64,000 nt of DNA from the NCBI GenBank assembly GCA_950097015.1, contig CATNEN010000002.1:3968001-4032000 (forward strand). The letters run 5' to 3'. Both the position numbers and the translations under genes were made by a program. The DNA comes from Macrostomum hystrix (taxonomy: Eukaryota; Animalia; Platyhelminthes). Every line of letters starts with the position of its first letter. Within the stretch, counting starts at the first letter, position 1. Under the pieces are notes generated by a model. It ran no database searches and was not told where the DNA came from. It saw only the letters and a program-made list of their open reading frames with translations. Below are positions 13,001 through 25,000 of this stretch, in pieces.

Positions 13001-16000
13001 GATTGAACGATCTCATTAACTCCGAGGAGGAGGGAGCGGCCAGAATCAAGGCGGCCATGGAGGCGGTGAGGCGGGCCATGGCCGGGGCTTCGCCAGCCCA
13101 GCGGGCTAAACTGCAGGCCGAGCTGGACGACCTTCAGAGAGCCTGGGACGCGCACCGTGAGCGGGCCCAGCAGGCCAAGGCTGATCTGGAGGACACACTG
13201 GACCGGCTGGGCCGAGCGGAGGCACTCGAGAGTGACTTGGCGAGTCGACTTGCTGAGATGGAGGGTCGCGGCAGAGAAGCCAGCGGAGCTAAAAACTCTT
13301 TAGAGGAGAAGCGTGATCAGGTGGAGAAATTGCAACAGCTGTTAGACGATTTGCAGGTAAGAAGGGACGCCCATTGTATTCCTTCTTGTCTTCTAATTCA
13401 GGGTTATTTCGTCGGGATATACTTTGTCAATATTGCCTGGGATCTACTTTGTCTATTTTACCTGGGATCTACTTTGTCTATTTTACCTGGGATCTACTTT
13501 GTCTATTTTACCTGGGATCTACTTTGTCTAGTTTACCCGGTTCTAATTTGTCTAGTTTACCCGGTTCTAATTTGTCTAGTTTACCCGGTTCTAATTTGTC
13601 TATTTTACTTGGGATCTACTTTGTCTAGTTTACCCGGTTCTAATTTGTCTATTTTAGCTGGGATCTATTTTGTCAAATTTATCTGAATCTACTTTGTCTT
13701 TTTACCTGGTGATGGTGTCTATTTTACATGGGATCTACTTTGTCTATTTTACTTGCACTTCTTCATTTGTACAGGATGCCGATTTCATTCTGTCCTACTT
13801 ATGTGTTTTTTATTAAAATAAACTTTTTTTTGCCTTTGTCAGTGGAATCTAGTTTGTGTCTATTTTATTGGGATCTACTTACTCAATGCAATCTACTCTG
13901 GACCTGTTTAATTAGTATATTATTTGTGTCCATTCTATTTGGTTCTACTTTTGGTCTATTTCTTTACGACCAACTTCGTTTCATTTTCATTGGTATCAAT
14001 TTTAACTTCTGCACCAGGCCATCGAGCCGGACTTCAGTAGTCTGGACTCGAGCTCGCAGTCGCAGCTGCAATCTCGCCTGCGCTCTCTGGCCAAAGCCAC
14101 CGAGGCAGCCGCTGAGAAGGCTGCCGCTGCCGCAGCTGATCACGATGCCTATCAACAGGAGCTGGAACAGCTCACGGCCGATATTGACGAACTCGAAGAC
14201 GAAGCGCGTGACCTGGACTCGGCCGGCACAGCTGGAGATCTCGAAGCCAAGCAGCGGCTGGCAGAGGAGCTAGCTCAACGTCGCGGTGAGCTCTACGGCA
14301 AGCTGCAGGCGTTAAACGCCGCCGCCGAGAAGGTTTGCGCCGCCAGCGGCTCGCCCGGACGCGATCGGGTTCGCGGCGAAGTCCGCGGATTGAAAAACCG
14401 ACTTGATGGCCTGGTGGATCAGCTGACTACTCGAAGGAAACAGCTGGAGCAGAGCGCCAACCAGTGGCGAGGACTCGGCGAACAGCTCGACCAGGTGAGG
14501 AATTTTATTTTCTCATGCGTGTAACTGAACGCATCAAAATTTGTTACTATTTCATCATACTTTGAATGAAGTATCATATAGATGACTTATTTAATTCAAT
14601 GACGTCATCAATTAAATGACGTCATCAATTAAATGACGTCATCAATTAAATGACGTCATCTTTTTAATGGCGTCGTAGTTTCTATGCAATTTGATGCCTT
14701 CTTACCGCTTGTCATTAATTAAGACGTTATTTAAGCGTTAATGAATAGCAACCACATATTTTCTCTGCTCGCAGATATCATCGTGGCTTCAGGACAAGCA
14801 GAGCCAGTTAGATAACTGCACCCAGCTGCGCAACACACTCGAAGAGAAGAAGGAGCAGCTGCTGGACGCTCGAGGTTTGCACAATGAGGTGGCAGCATTT
14901 GGCAAGCGACTGCAATCGGCCGAAGATCGTTTGCGTGGCCTGTCAGGTCAGGGTCTCGCCGGCTCGCCAGATCAGGAGCGCCAGCTCGAGGAGATCAAAT
15001 TTGCTCATGAGAATCTTCTAGCGGCTTCAAAGGATGCCGCCGCCGAGGCGGACGAAGCTGTTCGCGATCACGCCGAGTTTAAAGAGGTCTGTACTGATGC
15101 AGGAAATTGGATATCGGGTTTGGGAGAACGACTGGCAGTGTGCTCAGATTTGACCGGAGATCGACAGGCTCTTCAGACCCGACTGGATCGCTTGGACGTG
15201 AGTTTTTTGGTCCTGGGTTCGAATCTGAGTCCTACTTAAGTTACAAGCAAAAGTCCTTAAGTATAATTTAAAAAGTAGAAAAAATACTAGTGATAGAGCC
15301 TAATATTAATCCTTAACAAGTAATGTAATTTAAAAAACTCTTGCCTACTATGAGTAGGCATGCGCAAATGAAATAACAAAAAACTAACTAAATAAAAAAG
15401 CGCAAATGAATTTTTTCACATTTTCAGCGGAGAATCGTAAGTGTTGGCGTTCTCCATCATCATTTTTGCTCCTTAAGGGAGCAAATTATAACCATCCGCC
15501 TGAGATGTGCTCATGAGTTTTTTATATCTTGATGCATTTTGATGGATAGAATTTCTTGAAGCATCTCCTTCAACTAGTTTTTACATCGTAGACCGTAGTG
15601 AAATCGTCTTATCTTTGGATGCTTCTTTTCCTAGCTATTTATATGCAGATTTTTAATCCTATCACCACTGGTGTTGTCTATAATACACTGCATTGCGAGC
15701 TCTTCAAATCTAACATAATTTCATATAAATTTACTTTTTTTCCAACAAGATCGCGTTAGCTAATTGCAAAACTGTGCAATTTTATTTCTTATTGTTGTCC
15801 AAGTTTGTACTTTTGTTCTCGTAAGAAGTACACATGTACTTTTACAAAGAAATTATTATAAAGTACGCGTGTACTTTTGAAAGTACGCGCGTACTTTTGA
15901 AAGTACATATGTACTTTTGACAGTACACTCAGATTTCATTCCCTGAGTATTTTAATACCGTTTCAGGATTTAAGCCGCACTCAAACCGAAGGCGAACAAC

Positions 16001-19000
16001 GCCTCGATAAATTGGACTCCTTGGCCGACGCCGTCTGTCGACGCACCGGCAACTCCGGAGTCGACGCTGTTCGAGCCGAGGCCAGCGACCTGCGCGTCGA
16101 ATGGACCGACTTTGTGGATTCTGTTGAACAGGCGAAGCGCGACTTGGCTGACTGTGCCGATAGATGGGCTGAGTACGAGGACGCTCAGAAATTGTGCTCC
16201 GAGCACGTGCGCACAGCAGAGGCCCATTTGAAAGTAATTTTCTACTTATTTGTGTCCTAAGCATGTTACTCACTTATGATATCAGTAGCATAAGTTAAAA
16301 TACGTTTGATTTTTTAAGAGTATGCATTTTGGAATTTTCCGATACATATCGGTGCATATTTTTGTCTCTTCAAGGCGGCAGAGCCGCGACCAACACTTGA
16401 TGAGAAATCAGCTCTCGCCGATCGTCTCTCCGACGCTGCTGCCTGGGCGAACGATGTCGCTGAGCGCGACTTCTCCGGCCGGCTTCACGACGCCGCCGCC
16501 GATTTAGCCAAGGCTAGTCGAGAGGGTCACGTGACCGGGCAGGCAGCTAGCCTGACAGGCCGATTTGCATTGCTGCGCGATCAGCTAACCGACCAGGCCG
16601 CCCTTTGGCGCGCTCACGCTGACGAGCACGCTCAGCTGGATCGCGACATGGCCGACGTCGACGACTGGCTGGCTGACTTCGAGGACCGGCTGGGCCGTTG
16701 CGGCGACGGTCGCGGTGATCGATTCGAAGTTCAAGCCCGGCTGGCCACTCTGGGCGAGTTGAACGCCGAGCGCGAGGACGGCTTCCGTCGACTGGCCGCA
16801 CTGCAGGACAAAATGCAGGCCTCGGTGCTCCCGGCCACATCCGGGGCCGGACGGGATCGGCTAAGACAGGCGGCTCAACGGCTGCAGGACAGGTTTGTGC
16901 ATTCGATATACATCCGATATGTATGGAAAAAGAGTTTCAACGCTTGGTCAAACTTCCAGTTAAGTCAATTGAGCTTACTCGAGCTGCAAGTAATAGGTTA
17001 AAAGATCATCACGAACAGATTCGACTAGCACACTAAGCCCCCTTGGGGGGGCACTACTGTTCAGACAAAAAATCTTGTGTAATGCAGAAGGACAAAACGC
17101 GCTTGAAAGTAAACGAAAATGAAAACTCCTTTCGTTAATATTAATTTCCTTGATTGCGAATATGCGTGATTGCGATTCAACGAGAATTAGAATTCGCATT
17201 AAATACAAAAATAGTCAGTCTGAGCTTGTATACATTCTGAGACATCCAGTATGTACACCAAGAGCCCCATTGGGGCAAAATTACACAAGTAACTTACGTT
17301 TGATACAACTCAGCTTAATGCTACTGAGGTACATGTGAATACTATCCCTCAGCAGAAAAAAACAGTGTCTCCCCAGCAGCAGAGAACTAATGTCTCCCCA
17401 GCAGCAGAGAACTAATGTCTTCCCAGCAGCAGAGAGCTAATCCCCCCCCAGCAGCAAAGAACTAATTCCCCCCCAGCAGCAGAGAACCAATGTCCCCCCA
17501 GCAGCAGAGAACTAATTCCCCCCCAGCAGCAAAGAACTAATATCCCCCAGCAGCAGAGAACTAATATCCCCCAGCAGCAGAGAACCAATGTCCCCCCAGC
17601 AGCAGAGAGCTAATCCCCCCAGCAGCAGAGAATCAATTTCCCCCCAGCAGCAGAGAGCTAATCCCCCCAGCAGCAAAGAACCAATGTCCCCCAGCAGCAG
17701 AGAACTAATCCCCCCAGCAACAAAGAACCAATGTCCCCCAGCAGCAGAGAGCTAATCCCCCCCAGCAGCAAAGAACTAATTCCCCCCAGCAGCAGAGAAC
17801 CAATGTCCCCCAGCAGCAGAGAACCAATGTCCCCCAGCAGCAGAGAACCAATGTCCCCCCAGCAGCAGAGAACCAATGTCCCCCAGCAGCAGAGAGCTAA
17901 TCCCCCCCAGCAGCAAAGAACTAATTCCCCCCAGCAGCAGAGAACCAATGTCCCCCAGCAGCAGAGAACCAATGTCCCCCAGCAGCAGAGAACCAATGTC
18001 CCCCAGCAGCAGAGAACCAATGTCCCCCAGCAGCAGAGAACCAATGTCCTCCAAACAGAAAAGAACCTCCTACTCCTACTGCTACTGCTACTCCCTCAAT
18101 ATTTCATGCTACCCCTCAATATTTCATGCTACCCCTCAATATTTCATGCTACTCCCTCAATATTTCATGCTACCCCTCAATATTTCATGCTACCCCTCAT
18201 TATTACATGCTACCCCTCAATATTTCATGCTACCCCTCATTATTACATGCTACCCCTCAATATTTCATGCTACCCCTCAATATTTCATGCTACTCCCTCA
18301 ATATTTCATGCTACCCCTCAATATTTCATGCTACCCCTCATTATTACATGCTACCCCTCAATATTTCATGCTACCCCTCAATATTTCATGCTACCCCCTC
18401 GACATTTCATGCTACCCCCTCAACATTTCATGCTACCCCCTCAATATTTCATGCTACCCCCTCAACATTTCATGCTACCCCCTCAATATTTCATGCTACC
18501 CCTCAATATTTCATGCTACCCCTCAATATTTCATGCTACCCCCTCAATATTTCATGCTACCCCTCAATATTTCATGCTACCCCTCAATATTTCATGCTAC
18601 CCCTCAATATTTCATGCTACCCCTCAATATTTCATGCTACCCCTCAATATTTCATGCTACCCCCTCAATATTTCATGCTACCCCTCAATATTTCATGCTA
18701 CCCCTCAATATTTCATGCTACCCCCTCAATATTTCATGCTACCCCTCAATATTTCATGCTACCCCCTCAATATTTCATGCTACCCCTCAATATTTCATGC
18801 TACCCCTCAATATTTCATGCTACCCCTCAATATTTCATGCTACCCCTCAATATTTCATGCTACCCCCTCAATATTTCATGCTACCCCTCAATATTTCATG
18901 CTACCCCTCAATATTGCATGCTACCCCCTCAACATTTCATGCTACCCCTCAATATTTCATGCTACCCCTCAATATTTCATGCTACTCCCTCAATATTTCA

Positions 19001-22000
19001 TGCTACCCCCTCAACATTTCATGCTACCCCCTCAATATTTCATGCTACCCCTCAATATTTCATGCTACCCCTCAATATTTCATGCTACCCCTCAATATTT
19101 CATGCTACTCCCTCAATATTTCATGCTACCCCCTCAATATTTCATGCTACCCCTCAATATTTCATGCTACCCCTCAATATTTCATGCTACCCCTCAATAT
19201 TTCATGCTACCCCTCAATATTTCATGCTACCCCTCAATATTTCATGCTACCCCCTCAATATTTCATGCTACTCCCTCAATATTTCATGCTACCCCCTCAA
19301 CATTTCATGCTACCCCCTCAATATTTCATGCTACCCCTCAATATTTCATGCTACCCCTCAATATTTCATGCTACTCCCTCAATATTTCATGCTACTCCCT
19401 CAATATTTCATGCTACCCCCTCAACATTTCATGCTACCCCCTCAATATTTCATGCTACCCCTCAATATTTCATGCTACCCCTCAATATTTCATGCTACCC
19501 CTCAATATTTCATGCTACCCCTCAATATTGCATGCTACCCCCTCAACATTTCATGCTACCCCTCAAAATTGCATGCTACCCACTCATTATTACATGCTAC
19601 CCCTCAATTTTTCATGCTACCCCTCGAAAATGCATGTTTCCTTCTTGGTAGTTCAAGCTTCCTCCTTGATAGTTCAAGCTTCCTCCTTGATAGTTGAAGC
19701 TTCCTCCTTGATAGTTCAAGCTTCCTCCTTGATAGTTCAAGCTTCCTCCTTGATAGTTGAAGCTTCCTCCTTGATAGTTCAAGCTTCCTCCTTGATAGTT
19801 CAAGCTTCCTCCTTGATAGTTCAAGCTTCCTCCTTGATAGTTCAAGCTTCCTCCTAGATAGTTCAAGCTTCCTCCTTGATAGTTCAAGCTTCCTCCTTGA
19901 TAGTTCAAGCTTCCTCCTTGATAGTTGAAGCTTCCTCCTTGATAGTTCAAGCTTCCTCCTTGATAGTTCAAGCTTCCTCCTTGATAGTTCAAGCTTCCTC
20001 CTTGATAGTTCAAGCTTCCTCCTTGATAGTTCAAGCTTCCTCCTTGATAGTTCAAGCTTCCTCCTTGATAGTTCAAGCTTCCTCCTTGATAGTTGAAGCT
20101 TCCTCCTTGATAGTTGAAGCTTCCTCCTTGATAGTTCAAGCTTCCTCCTTGATAGTTCAAGCTTCCTCCTTGATAGTTCAAGCTTCTTCCTTGATAGTTC
20201 AAGCTTCCTCCTTGATAGTTCAAGCTTCCTCCTTGATAGTTCAAGCTTCCTCCTTGATAGTTCAAGCTTCCTCCTTGATAGTTCAAGCTTCCTCCTTGAT
20301 AGTTCAAGCTTCCTCCTTGATAGTTCAAGCTTCCCCTCGATAAGTCATCATTTACCCTTGATAATTCAATTTTTTCCCTCGACATTTCATGCTTTCTCTT
20401 CAATAATTTATACTAACCCCTTCGATAAATTGTGCTATCGTCTTAACAAAATTGTCTAAAAGCGTTATGCGATTACCTGAAAATCTCATTCTTTCTCCTG
20501 GAAATCTCATGCACAACCCTTTCAAGAAATCATTCTATTCCCTAGATATCGAATGCTTTTACCCACAAATTCCATGCAATTTACTTGATGTATCATGCTG
20601 CTATCCATTGATAGGTTCTTAAGTTTTATGTTCTCATTCAAAATACACAAAAAACAATGATTGCTTCCCTGCACGAAAAACGCTGTTTTAAAGAGTTATG
20701 CTATTAGCTAGGATTAAAATATTGTGTCCTATTCTAATAACAGCAATTCTCGAAACACTTTTCTTTAGTTTTGAATATAAAAAACGCTAACAGCCACGTA
20801 TGCTTGAACACTCTTCGATAACGCTTGAAAAAATGCACAAAGTTAAAACAAAAAAAATAACGCCTTTAGCTATGCTCAACATATTTTTTATGTTGAGCGC
20901 TTAACATGCGCTTGCAGCTATGCTGGAAAAAATGTTGTTAGCTTGGAATAAAAAAATTGTAACAGCAACGCCCGAACAGTCTTCACTTATTTTTTAATCC
21001 TATTGAATATTGTTTGCAAGAATACTTGAAAAAAACGTTAAAATGTAAAATGAACTACGCTAATGGCGTAATTTTTTTTCTAAAAAAACACTGGCAGAAA
21101 TGCTCGAAAATTCTTTACTCAGTTTTGTATCGAATTAAAAGTTGCTGCTGCACACAAAAATAGTTTTTATTTTCTCCGAGCGACAAGAACAATTAAACAA
21201 AAATTTTTGCTTTGACAGGAGCTAATCAATAGCTCTTACTATACCTTTTTGCGATTGAATTCGTCCAAACTGCAAAACCTTTCGTCCACTAACGCTTTCT
21301 TAATGGGAGCTAAATTTAGATCATACCATAGACAACCGTGTTCACGCAAAACGGTTCATCCAGTTTGTAAAACATTTCGTCTAAACCCTTCGTCCAAACA
21401 GCTAACAGCTAAACGGAGCGACTTTATTTGATATCACGAGATATTGAACAAAGCAAAAACAGTGTCTCTTGTTAGAATGTTAGTTCAAAATGTCTTCGTA
21501 GTCCAAACAACGGCCGTAGTAACCCACAGTGTGATTGGTCCATTGCTGGCACTTCTCCTGTGTAATCACGTGCAGTGCAGCTTCGACCTCTCTCTTAAAA
21601 ATGTGCATCCGCCAGGCATGCAGAGTCAGGTTCGCAGCAGCAGCAGCTTGCCGATTAGAGAGCTCGTGCTGAATAGCGGGAACTGACAGTGCCCTCTTCA
21701 CTGATGCCTTCAGGGAAGACCCTGCGCGCTCAGTTGGGTTGAGATACGGAGAGTACGGTGGCAATTGATAGGTGCTGTGTTGCGGTGAAAGTCCAGGGAC
21801 TTGAAGGTGAGCGCGGGCCCCATCAAAGATCGCCACCCACTCAGCCTCCACCAGGACATCCAGCTCTACTAAGAAGTCTGCAAAATTTTGAGCTCGAAAA
21901 CCTCCCTCCATCAGCGCATAGTGAACAAGTCCCCATTGCGGAGATATGGCCAAGCAGAGAGTCAGGTTTTGTCCGCGCTGGCCACATACCGTTCTCACCG

Positions 22001-25000
22001 CAGGCTGGCCTCGATATGCCCATCCTTGAGTTCTCGCCGTCCACAGGTTCAGCCCGAACTCATCGAGAAAAATCTGGTTCCTGTCGTGTCCTTCGTTCAT
22101 CATCCACTGTGCGTACTCACATCTCGCCGCCTTCACAACTGGGTCGTTCCAATCAAACGTAATCTGCCTAGCCAGCTTCAAAGTCACCAGCTGTTTGTCA
22201 AGTGCTCGACTTATGGTTGAGACATGAGGAAGTTGACCTTCATTGCCAAGTTGCATCAGATGGTTCCGCATCATTTGTAATGTCGCGGACGGGTTTGCCT
22301 CGAGGAACTCGATGATTGACTCAATCTGCTGCTCTTGCAGTTTCTTCGGACGGCCACCTGCTGATGGAAACTTCTCAATGCGCCCGGTTTGAACGTAGGT
22401 GTCGACAATCGTTTTGGCTGTCTTTCTCTTGATCCCAAGGATATCGGCCAGTTGTTTCCAATCGCGGCCTTCTTCAACAGCCAAGGCTAATCGCCTGCGG
22501 TCTTCGTTTGACACTGGATGGTAGGGGCCTCGGTTCATCTTCGACTGTTTTGCCGGGTTCGGAATGGAAGATAGGCCTATGCGTTGCTGTAGCTTTAGTG
22601 GTAGCAAAAGCGAACTGTCAATTGGGTGTTAACTATGGTAGGAACAGTACACTCGGTCTCTAGTCTAGGGGACGAAATGTTTTACAAACTGGATGAACCG
22701 TTTTGCGTGAAAACGGTTGTCTATGGTATGATCTAAATTTAGCTCCCATTAAGAAAGCATTTGTGGACGAAAGGTTTTGCAGTTTGGACGAATTCAATCG
22801 CAAAAAAGTACGAGTATATTAACAGTTTGCTGTATTCAAAACACCTAAAAATATAGCGCTTTTACCAACCGTTTTTACCATTTTAACTCTTCATTATAGA
22901 AGATCCCTCAATATATCAGGCTGCCCCTCGATAAACCATGCGACCCTCTCGGAAAGTAATGCAACCCCTTCGAAAATACACTGTAACCCTTTCGATAAAT
23001 AGTGCTACCCCCCGAACATTTATGCAAGCCAGTTGATAAGTCATTCTACCCCCGGATAAATTATGCTTCCACCTCGAGAATTCATGCTTTTCATTAATAA
23101 TTCATTATTTCACGTAAAATTGCATGACTCCCGCTCAATAACTCATGCTGGCTCCTCGATATTCAACGCTTTTCCCTCGACAATTCAAGATACTAAATTG
23201 ATAGTAACAGTTTTTTTCCTCAATAATTCATGGCACATGGTCGATATTTCAAGCTCTCTCTTCGATAGTTTTTGCTATCCCTAAAAAATCCATGCTACCA
23301 CTTTGTTATATCATGCTCTTCCTGGACCTTGCTACCCACTCAATGATTTATGCTTTTCACACGATAATTCAGGCTACCCCATTGATAATTCAGGCCCCGT
23401 TGATAATTCATACATTTCCCACGTTAATTCATACTTCAAAGCGTTAATACATGCTACCCCCTCAATAACTTATTCTACCCTCTCTAAAAGGCATACTTTT
23501 TTCTCGATAATTCATGCTTCGCCCTTAAAAATTCTTTATTTTCCCTCGCTACATCATGCTTCTCTCCGTTAACTGATAGCTTCCCTCCGTTAATTGGTAG
23601 TTTCCCTCCGTTAACTGATAGTTTCCCTCCGTTAACTGATAGTTTCCCTCCGTTAACTGATAGCTTCCCTCCGTTAACAGATAGTTCCCCTCCGTTAACT
23701 GATAGTTTCCCTCCGTTAACTGATAGTTTCACTCCGTTAACTGATAGTTTCCCTCCGTTAACTGATAGTTTCCCTCCGTTAACTGATAGTTTCCCTCTGT
23801 TAACTGATAGTTTCACTCCGTTAACTGATAATTTCACTCCGTTAACTGATAGTTTCCCTCTGTTAACTGATAGTTTCACTCCGTTAACTGATAGTTTCCC
23901 TCCGTTAACTGATAGTTTCCCTCCGTTAATTGATAGTTTCCCTCCGTTAACTGATAGTTTCCCTCCGTTAATTGATAGTTTCCCTCCGTTAACTGATAGT
24001 TTCCCTCCGTTAACTGATAGTTTCCCTCCGTTAACTGATAGTTTCCCTCCGTTAATTGATAGTTTCCCTCCGTTAACTGATAGTTTCCCTCCGTTAATTG
24101 ATAGTTTCCCTCCGTTAACTGATAGTTTCCCTCCGTTAACTGATAGTTTCCCTCCGTTAACTGATAGTTTCCCTCCGTTAATTGATAGTTTCCCTCCGTT
24201 AACTGATAGTTTCCCTCCGTTAACTGATAGTTTCCCTCCGTTAATTGATAGTTTCCCTCCGTTAACTGATAGTTTCCCTCCGTTAACTGATAGTTTCCCT
24301 CCGTTAACTGATAGTTTCCCTCCGTTAATTGATAGTTTCCCTCCGTTAACTGATAGTTTCCCTCCGTTAACTGATAGTTTTCCTCCGTTAACTGATAGTT
24401 TCCCTCCGTTAACTGATAGTTTCCCTCCGTTAACTGATACTTTCCCTCCGTTAACTGATAGTTTCCCTCCGTTAACTGATAGTTTCCCTCCGTTAACTGA
24501 TAGTTTCCCTCCGTTAACTGATAGTTTCCCTCCGTTAACTGATAGTTTCCCTCCGTTAATTGATAGTTTCCTATGTTAGTTTCAAGTTAGTGCTCGATCA
24601 GTCTTCGTCGTACAAATAATTAATATTATAAATTAAATATTTTTAATCCAGTAACGCTTAAAGCAATGCTCAAAAAATATAAATTATAAGTGAATTGCGT
24701 TCTTCTAAGTGAAGCCTCCACCCTAGACCCTCTTGGGGGTAAAAGGATTGGAGCAGCCAATCAGCGCGACTCGCGCCCGAGACGCCTTGACCCCCAGTCT
24801 ATAAAGTTGGAGCCAAGTCAGACTTTCTGTAGTTTAGGAGGCCAATAAACCTGAGCACACTCGCCACAGCCATGCCACTCTCGCCAGCCGCCATCATTGC
24901 CTTGCTGTGTATCGCAGCTTTGGTGCCCTCGTGCGTCGGTGCCTTTGGTGCCCTCGGCGCCATCAAATGGGAGGGCAACTGGGCCTACGACTGCTACTTC

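Larger units (their letters stand above)
20990..23620 (+). repeat. Left arm of long inverted repeat (interrupted by the transposon 21242-22816)
   Basis: 20990-21241 is the reverse complement of about 27059-27325; 22875-23620 is the near-perfect reverse complement of about 26270-27040 (the spurious ORFs 23063+ and 26847- translate identically). Confidence 0.9.

Noticed and set aside
17658-20403. Long ORFs (up to 708 aa) in the satellite block
   Set aside because: They are translations of stop-free tandem repeats in several frames, with no coding signal.
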